A stretch of 34,834 bases of DNA, from positions 1 through 34,834 of the IMG/VR virus record IMGVR_UViG_3300027679_000019; one strand, written 5' to 3'. Within the stretch, counting starts at the first letter, position 1, and each line of letters begins with the position of its first letter. Origin of the DNA: a virus (Duplodnaviria; Caudoviricetes). Positions 17,643 to 25,064 of this stretch are shown here, piece after piece. Both the position numbers and the translations under genes were made by a program. Under the pieces are notes generated by a model. It saw only the letters and a list, made by a program, of their open reading frames with translations. It searched no databases and was not told the DNA's origin.

Positions 17643-18422
17643 ATGGCCGCATGGATGCTTCCCGCCGCAATTATCGGCAGTTCACTTTTTGGTGCGGATG
17701 CAGCTAGTAGCGCTGCCGATACACAAGCCGCAGCAGCAGATCGTTCTGGTGCGTTGCAACGCGAAACCGCTAAAGAACAGTTAGCGCTTCAAACGCGTAT
17801 GTACGAAGAAAACGTAGGGCGGCAAAAACCTTTCTACACCGCTGGCGTCAATGCGTTGCCTGAATTAGTTCAAGCGTCTAGGTACACGCCATTTAGTATG
17901 AAGACTTTCCAACAAGACCCAGGCTACGCATTTCGGTTGAAAGAAGGCCAACAAGCACTTGACCGATCTGCCGCAGCTCGCGGTGGCTTAATTTCTGGCG
18001 CGGCGTTAAAAGCCGCGCAACGCTACGGTCAAGAAATGGGTAGCCAAGAATACATGAACGCTTTTAATCGCTATCAGACTGAACGTGCAGCACGTCTGCA
18101 ACCCTTGCAATCGTTGACTGGTATGTCGCAAACAACCGCTAATACACTTGGCACTGCGGGGCAAAACTATGCAGGCAGCTCGGCAAATATTGCCGGAAAC
18201 ATGGCAGCTAATGTTGGTGAAGCGTACCAAGGCGCTGCTAACGCTCGCGCGTCTGGATATGTAGGCGGCGCAAACGCGTTGACCAGTGGTTTAGGTACAT
18301 ACTTAAATTACCGCCAAGGAAATAATATGCTTGATGTATTTCGTGGTGGTGGCGGTGGGTATGGAGCACCTGCGGGCTATGGCACAGTAGTGCCTGGCGA
18401 TTATTCATCCATGCAAGGATAA
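17643..18422 (+). CDS. DNA transfer/ejection protein, P22 gp7-like
   Basis: Hydrophobic N-terminus, Ala/Gln/Gly-rich, DPGYAFRL.EG..AL.RSAAARGGL.SG motif; AAGGAG SD. Confidence 0.8.
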   Translation: MAAWMLPAAIIGSSLFGADAASSAADTQAAAADRSGALQRETAKEQLALQTRMYEENVGRQKPFYTAGVNALPELVQASRYTPFSMKTFQQDPGYAFRLKEGQQALDRSAAARGGLISGAALKAAQRYGQEMGSQEYMNAFNRYQTERAARLQPLQSLTGMSQTTANTLGTAGQNYAGSSANIAGNMAANVGEAYQGAANARASGYVGGANALTSGLGTYLNYRQGNNMLDVFRGGGGGYGAPAGYGTVVPGDYSSMQG

Positions 18423-18425
18423 ATT

Positions 18426-19922
18426 ATGCCCATCGATCCTAGAATTGCTCTTGGCGTTCAGCCACTTCAAGTTGCCGACCCAATGGCAAGATATGGTCAA
18501 ATGCAAAACCTTTTGGCATCGCAATCTCAACTGCGTAGCGCTGAAACTCAACAACAAGTGTCGCAAATGCAACTTGATCAAATGCGCCGCGATGAAGCCA
18601 CGCTTAAACAAATTCAAGCTAAAGCCGTACAGGGTGGTGGCCCTAGTGACTTAAATAAAATTGCCGAAGCGTATATCAACTCAAGCAACCCTAAGTTTGT
18701 TGAGTTTGGTGTTGGCTTGCGTCAGAAGCTAGATGAGCAGGCAAAATTTGCCCAAATTATGGGCTTAGGTTTCGCTTCAACGCCAGCTATGCCTAGTGTT
18801 GCGCCTGCGTCTGGTGCTTTGGGTTCAGGCACGTATGACCCTAACGCCCCAGTATCTGCGCCAATGTCTACGTTAGCGCAAAGATCAGCTACAGGTACGA
18901 ACTTACCATCCATTGGCGCAACCAACCAGTTGGCACCAGCGCCTGCGGCTCCTGTCAATCGGCTTGCACCTGGAGTAGACGTAAGCGCTTTGCGCCGTAA
19001 ACGCGATGCTCTTTTGGCTATGGGTACAAACCAATCAATTGCGGCGGCGCGAGCCATGGACGCTGATATTGCTTTGGCGTCCAAAGAACCGGCATATCAA
19101 AATGTTGCCGGCGTGGGATTAGTTGACCCTCGCGATGGCCGCGTCATAGTGCCATCGGTCGAATCTACAGACCCTGTCGTTAAACAATACGAATACGCTA
19201 AAGGCCAAGGTTTTGTGGGCACACTGTTTGAATTCAAGCGAAAACTTGCTGAAGCTACGCGCGCGCCTGCTCAACCTCGTGCAGAGCAACCTCCTGTTGC
19301 GGTTATTGGGCCAGATGGTAAAGAAATTTATGTTACTCGTGAAGAAGCATTAACTAACCGAATGTCGCCCGCAGGAAAATCAGCATTAACAGAATCTCAA
19401 GGTAATGCAGCCATGTTTGGTAGTGCTATGGCACAAGCTCAACAAGTGCTAACTCAAGCAGAAAGAGAAGGCACAACAACTGGAGCTGGCACAGTTAATT
19501 TGGCTCAAGGAATTGTCAAGTATGTGCCTTTAGGCGTTGGCGATAAGTTGGTAAATGACATTTATGCGTTAGCGGTAAATGATCCAACCAAACTGTTTGG
19601 GCCTGATGTGAATCAACAAAAAGTTGGTCAAGCACAATTGGCCTTTGCTATTGCTTATTTGCGTAAAACGTCTGGCGCTGCTTTTGGAGCATCTGAAGTT
19701 GCAAATACGATTATGGAATATTTTCCATCTGTTGGCGAAGATAAAGCAGTTGTAAAGCAAAAAGCAGAATCAAGAAAAAGAGCAATTGCAGGCATGAAAA
19801 TGGGTGCTGGTCGAGAAGGTGCAAAGTTTATTGAACAATATGAATCACCTTCTGGTGGTACATCAGGTTCAGGTGCAAGCGCATCCGATCCTTTGGGCTT
19901 GTTCCCTGCTAAAAAACCATAG
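18426..19922 (+). CDS. Ejection (internal virion) protein, gp20-like position
   Basis: Ala/Gln-rich helical 498 aa ending DPLGLF; gene order after the gp7-like gene. Confidence 0.7.
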   Translation: MPIDPRIALGVQPLQVADPMARYGQMQNLLASQSQLRSAETQQQVSQMQLDQMRRDEATLKQIQAKAVQGGGPSDLNKIAEAYINSSNPKFVEFGVGLRQKLDEQAKFAQIMGLGFASTPAMPSVAPASGALGSGTYDPNAPVSAPMSTLAQRSATGTNLPSIGATNQLAPAPAAPVNRLAPGVDVSALRRKRDALLAMGTNQSIAAARAMDADIALASKEPAYQNVAGVGLVDPRDGRVIVPSVESTDPVVKQYEYAKGQGFVGTLFEFKRKLAEATRAPAQPRAEQPPVAVIGPDGKEIYVTREEALTNRMSPAGKSALTESQGNAAMFGSAMAQAQQVLTQAEREGTTTGAGTVNLAQGIVKYVPLGVGDKLVNDIYALAVNDPTKLFGPDVNQQKVGQAQLAFAIAYLRKTSGAAFGASEVANTIMEYFPSVGEDKAVVKQKAESRKRAIAGMKMGAGREGAKFIEQYESPSGGTSGSGASASDPLGLFPAKKP

Positions 19923-19931
19923 GCGGTTGAA

Positions 19932-21773
19932 ATGGCAACACTTATTGAATTTCGCCAACAAAATCCTGAGTACAACAATGTGCCAGACCTTGCATTGGCT
20001 GATGCGTTGCACCAAAAGTTTTATGCAGACAAGATTCCACGACCTGATTTTTTTAAAAAATTAGGTTTGGTGGGTGCCGATATACCTGGTGCAGAAAACG
20101 TCATAAGTTTGCCCAAGCAAGAAGTGTCCTTGCGTGACCGGATTATGGGTGTTGTTGAAACTCCAGCAATCATTGCTGGCAATATAGGCAAAGCAGTTGC
20201 AACCCCATTTGCTCAAATGGTTGGTGAAGCCTATGGTGGGTATGGAACTCCACAAGGCAAAGAAGCTGGCCAAGCTGCAGCTCAAGCAACTGCGGCTCAG
20301 TTTTATCAACCGCGCACAGAAACAGGCCCAGAAATTACTGGTGCAATTGGCAAGTTTTTGGGTGCTGTTCCACCCACACCATTGAGCAGTGCAGGGACGG
20401 CCTTGAGCACCCTTGCGCCTGCTGCAGTCAATCAGTTAAGCCCTATAGTCAGGCAGGCCGTTGCTCCTACTAGGAACGTGCTAGCAAGTGCCATGACACG
20501 CCAACAGCCAACCATGCAAGGCATGGGTGCTGCAAGCACTGCTGAAGACTTAATGCGGGAAGAGCGCCTGCAAAGATTGAATCTGCCTGCCACAGCTGGT
20601 GAGCGCACAAAGAACTTGGCGCAACAACAATTTGAGTCTGACATTGAGCGCGGCGCCATTTCTGGTGTTAGTGAAGGCAAAAAAGAAAAACTTATTGCAG
20701 AAATGAGTAGATTTAGAGAACAACAAAAAGAAGCCATTTCTAGAAAACTTGAAAGCATGACCAGTCAAACTGGCGCCGAGGTTGCAGACCCAACCCAAAT
20801 GCGACAAGTTGGCAAACTTGTTGATGAAGCTGTGGTTAATGCGTTTGAAAAGAAATTTAATACATACAAGCAAGCCTATGCAAAAGCAGATACTGCTGGC
20901 GAAACTTTGCAAGAAGTTCCATATCAAAGCATTCTTGATTTCATAAATCAAAAAACACCAACAATGAGACAAAAGATAGATCCAATTTTGGATTCTGTTG
21001 CTGAATCATTAAAGATGAATGATCCAACCGGCAAAGGAACAATTTCAATTCGCGCATTGGAAGACGTATACCAAGAAGCTGGCAAAGTCAAAGGCTCACC
21101 TAATGCAAAACAATTAAAAGAACTTATTGACCAAGCTACTGAAGGCGCTGGCGGTGATCTGTACCGTTCCGCTAGAGCGCAGCGCAAACAGTTGGCTAGA
21201 GAATTTGAAAATGTGTCTAGGGTCGATAAATTGCTTGGCACCAAAGCTGGCTATACAGACAGGCAAATTGCTTATGAAGACATTTTTAAGCACGTTGTGC
21301 TAGATGGCAGTTTGGAAGAAATGCGAACCGTCACTACTTTGCTTAAAAAAGCTGGTCCACAAGGTAGGCAGGCATACGCTGAATTACAAGGCCAAACCAT
21401 TCAGCACTTGAAAGACTTGCTCACAAAGGGTGATCAAATGTCGTTTAAGAATTTTAATACCGCGGTCAAGCAATTAGATTATGACGACAAGTTGGTTTAT
21501 ATGTTTGGCAAAAGAGGCCGTGACGAAATAGTTGATTTAAGGGATGCCTTAAAAGACATTTTGGTCAAGCAGCCTGGTGCCGTTAACTATCCAAATACCG
21601 GCGGCGCTGTTATGCGAGGATTAGAAGGGCTTGAAGCTATTAGATTGCCTCTTGCAAAACAAGCTGCACAATTTGAACGTGGAAGACAGACAACCAAGCG
21701 CCTTGAAGAGGCACTCAAGCAGCCAAACCAATTGGCAGCACCATCTAGATCAAGAAACAACCTAGCACCATGA
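19932..21773 (+). CDS. Ejection (internal virion) protein, gp16-like position
   Basis: 613 aa helical; N-terminal EFRQQNPEYN.VPD..LADALH.KFY; last structural gene before lysis. Confidence 0.7.
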   Translation: MATLIEFRQQNPEYNNVPDLALADALHQKFYADKIPRPDFFKKLGLVGADIPGAENVISLPKQEVSLRDRIMGVVETPAIIAGNIGKAVATPFAQMVGEAYGGYGTPQGKEAGQAAAQATAAQFYQPRTETGPEITGAIGKFLGAVPPTPLSSAGTALSTLAPAAVNQLSPIVRQAVAPTRNVLASAMTRQQPTMQGMGAASTAEDLMREERLQRLNLPATAGERTKNLAQQQFESDIERGAISGVSEGKKEKLIAEMSRFREQQKEAISRKLESMTSQTGAEVADPTQMRQVGKLVDEAVVNAFEKKFNTYKQAYAKADTAGETLQEVPYQSILDFINQKTPTMRQKIDPILDSVAESLKMNDPTGKGTISIRALEDVYQEAGKVKGSPNAKQLKELIDQATEGAGGDLYRSARAQRKQLAREFENVSRVDKLLGTKAGYTDRQIAYEDIFKHVVLDGSLEEMRTVTTLLKKAGPQGRQAYAELQGQTIQHLKDLLTKGDQMSFKNFNTAVKQLDYDDKLVYMFGKRGRDEIVDLRDALKDILVKQPGAVNYPNTGGAVMRGLEGLEAIRLPLAKQAAQFERGRQTTKRLEEALKQPNQLAAPSRSRNNLAP

Positions 21774-21967
21774 CTGACGATACCCCCACCAAAATAGCAG
21801 TACACGAAGCCGTTTGCGCTGAACGCTACGCGGCCATTGAGAAAGCCTTTATCGATGGCGACAGGCGCATGTCTCGGATTGAGTACTTGCTCTATGTTGT
21901 GATTGGTGCGGTGTTGCTCGGGCCAGGCTTTGTTGGCGTAATTGTCAATAAACTCATAGGGGCGTGA
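21770..21967 (+). CDS. Small membrane protein (coiled coil plus C-terminal TM), holin/XhlA-like
   Basis: HEAVCAERY motif and hydrophobic C-terminus; ATGA overlap. Confidence 0.65.
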   Translation: MTDDTPTKIAVHEAVCAERYAAIEKAFIDGDRRMSRIEYLLYVVIGAVLLGPGFVGVIVNKLIGA

Positions 21968-21968
21968 A

Positions 21969-22508
21969 ATTGATCCGTTCACCGCAGCCCTTGCCGCCAT
22001 TGCTGCAATTAAGCAGGCCGTATCTTTTTACAAAGACTGCAAAGCGGCTTCCAAAGATGTCACCAACATCACAATGGAGATTTCTGGTTACATCGGTAAA
22101 TTTTTTGACGCCCACGAACAAGTCAAAACCGCAGCCGCAGAGCAGAAAAAGAATCCACCAAAGGGTAAATCACTAAAAGCCCAAGCCCTTGACAACATCT
22201 TTCAAGAGATGGAGCTGGAGCGCCAAGCTGTTGAATTAAGAGAATTGTTGATATACGGTGTTGACCCAGCTTTGGGGGCAGTTTGGACAAGGTTTCAAGA
22301 TGAGTTTGAAAGGTTGCAGGCTGAACAAGAAAAGGAAAGGTTAGAGCAGGAAGCAAAAGATAGAATCGCACAATGGCAACGGCGAAAAATGCTAAACCAG
22401 CTTCAAGACAGGGCGCTAATAATCGGGGCGGTGATGATCGTTACCCTATACCTCCACCTCCTCTTCCAAGCAATCCGACAAATGACAATAACGAGATGGG
22501 GTTCTTGA
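21969..22508 (+). CDS. Membrane-anchored coiled-coil protein of the lysis region, probably starting at a non-canonical ATT
   Basis: The frame of the 22074 ORF stays open back to TAG 21957-21959 and reads IDPFTAALAAIAAIKQ from ATT 21969; AGGGG SD 6 nt upstream; C-terminal TM. Confidence 0.6.
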   Translation: MDPFTAALAAIAAIKQAVSFYKDCKAASKDVTNITMEISGYIGKFFDAHEQVKTAAAEQKKNPPKGKSLKAQALDNIFQEMELERQAVELRELLIYGVDPALGAVWTRFQDEFERLQAEQEKERLEQEAKDRIAQWQRRKMLNQLQDRALIIGAVMIVTLYLHLLFQAIRQMTITRWGS

Positions 22509-22657
22509 TTGCTTTTCTCAGTTTGGTCATTGTTTTTGCGATTCTTTTGCCTATCATGGCAATGATGTATCTTGACATCTTGGAAACAAAAGCAGAGACC
22601 AAGCGTCAGCAAGCGATAGTGCAAAGATTGATCAATAAAGCGGAGGAAAACAAATGA
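22496..22657 (+). CDS. Small protein with N-terminal TM and coiled coil (possible spanin/holin accessory)
   Basis: ATG 22496 gives MGFLIAFLSLVIVFAILLPIMAMMY...; overlaps both neighbours. Confidence 0.6.
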   Translation: MGFLIAFLSLVIVFAILLPIMAMMYLDILETKAETKRQQAIVQRLINKAEENK

Positions 22658-23163
22658 TTCCAATAGTCGCATCCCTCCTCGGTAGCCTAGCCCAAAACGG
22701 ACTAACACTACTCTCCAGCGCCATCCAAGCCAAAGGCAAAGAGGTGGTTGAAAAGACTTTGGGTGTAAAGATACCTGATGACCCAACGCCTGAAGACGTC
22801 AGCAATCTGCGCCAGCTTCAGTTTGAACATGAAGAGCGCCTGCTTGAGTTGGGCATCGAGAAGGCCAAGATGGAACTGGCCGAACTTGACCTGCTGGCCA
22901 AGGCCGCGCAAAACGACGCCGACAACATCACCGACCGTTGGCAAGCCGACATGAGCAGCGACTCTTGGTTATCCAAAAACATACGCCCCATGTCGCTCAT
23001 AGCGATTTTTTTGGGATACTTTCTGTTCGCCATGATGTCAGCCTATGGGTACAACGCAAACGAGTCCTACGTCACCCTGCTGGGCAATTGGGGCATGTTG
23101 ATCATGGGTGCCTACTTTGGTGGGCGCACAATCGAAAAACTTGCTGATATGAGGAAGAAATGA
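22654..23163 (+). CDS. Holin-like protein (GTA 3TM-holin type)
   Basis: RWQADM.SDSWLSKNIRP and MGAYFGGRTIEK motifs with TM segments; GGAGG SD; directly upstream of the endolysin. Confidence 0.75.
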   Translation: MIPIVASLLGSLAQNGLTLLSSAIQAKGKEVVEKTLGVKIPDDPTPEDVSNLRQLQFEHEERLLELGIEKAKMELAELDLLAKAAQNDADNITDRWQADMSSDSWLSKNIRPMSLIAIFLGYFLFAMMSAYGYNANESYVTLLGNWGMLIMGAYFGGRTIEKLADMRKK

Positions 23164-23498
23164 GCTTAAACACCGAACAAGCCGCATTCCTGCTGGATAT
23201 GTGCAAGCTGATCCAATACGCCACCGACCAAGGCTTCCTAGTCACTGGCGGCGAGTTGGCGCGTACGCCCGAACAGCAAGCTATCTACTTCAAGACTGGC
23301 CGCAGTAAGACCATGAACAGCATTCACCTCAAACGCTGCGCTATGGACTTGAACTTTTTCAAAGACGGCAAGATCATTTGGGACAAAGCAATCCTTGCGC
23401 CGTTGGGCGCGTACTGGGAAACCTTGCATCCAAAGAATCGTTGGGGCGGCAATTTCAAAAGCCTAGTGGACTGCCCCCACTTTGAGCGCAACGTCTAA
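23160..23498 (+). CDS. Endolysin, peptidase M15 family
   Basis: RTPEQQ, S.H....AMD and WGG.F....DCPHFE zinc-peptidase motifs. Confidence 0.9.
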   Translation: MSLNTEQAAFLLDMCKLIQYATDQGFLVTGGELARTPEQQAIYFKTGRSKTMNSIHLKRCAMDLNFFKDGKIIWDKAILAPLGAYWETLHPKNRWGGNFKSLVDCPHFERNV

Positions 23499-23596
23499 TC
23501 TATATTTTCAAGATGCGCCAATACTACGGCAAACAAGATCAGCGTTCCCACACCAATAATGGCACCAATGACCAAAGCAATTACGGTTGCAATCAT
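23495..23596 (-). CDS. 33-aa single-TM protein, not in the ORF track
   Basis: MIATVIALVIGAIIGVGTLILFAVVLAHLENID; ATGA-coupled to the upstream gene; AAGGA SD; stop overlaps the endolysin stop. Confidence 0.55.
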   Translation of the reverse strand: MIATVIALVIGAIIGVGTLILFAVVLAHLENID

Positions 23597-24222
23597 GTCT
23601 TTTCCTTGAAATCGTAAAACCAATCGTCCCCTGCGCTCCACTTGCTTGTGCCGTCTACTGTCCAAAATCTTTGGGCTGCCTGAAAGTCAGGAAACTTTGT
23701 CTCAGCAGGAATTAAAGACTGGTCATACCACAGGCATCTGTTGTTGGGCTGGCAAGCAAACTGACCGTTGTCTAACGCTATCCAGTTAAACGACTTGTGC
23801 TCCTCGGCCTGCTCTGTAAAGCCGGTGTCCAGCGCCATTTCATCAGCGCAAAAGTCCACGGTAAACAAATAACGACCAAAGTGCCATTCTTTGTCCTTAC
23901 CAAAAAACTTTACGCCAAGGTTGCGTAAGCCAATCTTTTCAATGATGGTGAATCTGTAACCCATGCAATCCCAAAGTTGAAGCGTGTCAATGGTCAAGTC
24001 ACCGTGATCTTCTTTCCACACGTACGCATGAATAGGTAGCTTGTCGTACAGCGCACCATATGCTGGCAGCAAGGACTCAATGCGGAACACCTGGCCTCGC
24101 AGGGCTTTGAGGCTTACCCAGATGGCTGGCTCCAACTCGCCATGCCCTTTGGTGAAGTTATATAAAAACTCGCGCCGCACAAAGCACTTTAAGGGCGGCA
24201 ACGATGCCACAATATAGCTCAT
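23593..24222 (-). CDS. Phage hypothetical protein (209 aa, aromatic-rich)
   Basis: Globular composition, coupled to neighbours by ATGA overlaps; LQLWDC, EHKSFN and QPNNR motifs. Confidence 0.8.
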   Translation of the reverse strand: MSYIVASLPPLKCFVRREFLYNFTKGHGELEPAIWVSLKALRGQVFRIESLLPAYGALYDKLPIHAYVWKEDHGDLTIDTLQLWDCMGYRFTIIEKIGLRNLGVKFFGKDKEWHFGRYLFTVDFCADEMALDTGFTEQAEEHKSFNWIALDNGQFACQPNNRCLWYDQSLIPAETKFPDFQAAQRFWTVDGTSKWSAGDDWFYDFKEKT

Positions 24223-24368
24223 TTCAACACCTCTCTATATGCCTTGATGGCGTCTTTTAAATCGTTTTGCAACTGCTCAATATGGTCTTGTTGTTGTTGC
24301 ATCTTGACGTAGGCTTCAGCCGCAAACTTGGCCAAGTTCTCATAACTCCATGTTTCAAACGCTGGCAT
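24219..24368 (-). CDS. 49-aa coiled-coil hypothetical protein, not in the ORF track
   Basis: MPAFETWSYENLAKFAAEAY...AYREVLK; AGGAG SD; ATGA overlap with the next gene. Confidence 0.65.
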   Translation of the reverse strand: MPAFETWSYENLAKFAAEAYVKMQQQQDHIEQLQNDLKDAIKAYREVLK

Positions 24369-24501
24369 CGCGCTTCTCCTGTAAAAGTTTTCTAAGCCAC
24401 TTACTCGCGCCTAGCTTCAACCATTGTTCGTATTCGCTTTGCGTCACACGAACGCCAATAATTTTTCCTGCTTTTGTTAACTCACTCTTTGGTCTTGGCA
24501 T
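24355..24501 (-). CDS. Small ribbon-helix-helix-like DNA-binding protein
   Basis: MPRPKSELT...IGVRVTQSEYEQW...SKWLR; AGGAG SD before ATG 24501. Confidence 0.6.
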   Translation of the reverse strand: MPRPKSELTKAGKIIGVRVTQSEYEQWLKLGASKWLRKLLQEKRDASV

Positions 24502-24635
24502 GGGTGCTGCTCTCCTGCTCTTTTGGTTATAAAAATTAAATGACATTTAGTACAACGCCAAACTAAACCGTATTCAACTATGGTTTGCCCTCGGCCACGC
24601 AAGCGGCCAAAGAATGTTTTAATTGCTTCAATCAT
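24477..24635 (-). CDS. 52-aa putative zinc-finger protein, not in the ORF track
   Basis: WRCTKCHLIFITKRAGEQHPC = C-x2-C-x12-H-x-C; GGGGG SD-like run upstream. Confidence 0.55.
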   Translation of the reverse strand: MIEAIKTFFGRLRGRGQTIVEYGLVWRCTKCHLIFITKRAGEQHPCQDQRVS

Positions 24636-24825
24636 TTTTCCCCCATCGTTTACATAGTTCTTTTACTGTCTTACTTTTTTTCTTTTTCTCACACACCGCG
24701 CTCTTCGACGCCTCTTTTGCTTTGACTTGTAACTGCCAAGGCGTAAGAGGTTGTGGTGGGTCAGGAAACAACCCGTTGTACCCCACTGTGCCTAGCACTG
24801 CGCTGAGAATGAGCTTGTCAATCAT
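24628..24825 (-). CDS. Hypothetical protein with hydrophobic N-terminus and basic C-terminus
   Basis: AGGAGG SD upstream; 65 aa. Confidence 0.65.
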   Translation of the reverse strand: MIDKLILSAVLGTVGYNGLFPDPPQPLTPWQLQVKAKEASKSAVCEKKKKSKTVKELCKRWGKND

Positions 24826-24855
24826 GGTCGTTTAGCCTCCTGCAAAAGTTCAATA

Positions 24856-24870
24856 CTAGCATATTGCTAG
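24856..24870. promoter_or_regulatory. Palindromic operator-like site CTAGC-ATATT-GCTAG overlapping extended -10 elements
   Basis: Perfect inverted repeat. TGCTAGTAT on the minus strand (24853-24861) and TGCTAGAAT on the plus strand (24865-24873). Matches the sites at 30460-30547. Confidence 0.6.
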
Positions 24871-25064
24871 AATGGTAAACAATCCCAATCCCAATGCTCG
24901 CAATCAACTGATCCTTGCAACCAATCGTCTGGTGGCTTTGCTTGATACTGCCTGCACTGGCCGTCGTACTTGTTGCAGCTGGTGCAATTTACTTTAATTG
25001 CATCAAGGTCAGCCAGCTGCTTGGCTAAATGATCTTTGATGGCGTTCAGTTCAATCAAATTCAT
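24867..25064 (-). CDS. Small Cys-rich (CxxC...C...C) protein
   Basis: 65 aa, overlaps the helicase end; NCTSC, QC and DCEHW. Confidence 0.7.
   Translation of the reverse strand: MNLIELNAIKDHLAKQLADLDAIKVNCTSCNKYDGQCRQYQAKPPDDWLQGSVDCEHWDWDCLPF

Noticed and set aside
21964-22176. 70-aa GTG-started ORF after the holin-like gene
   Set aside because: Pro/Leu-rich unnatural composition; the overlapping frame (IDPFTAALAAI...) is more protein-like and continuous with the 22074 ORF.
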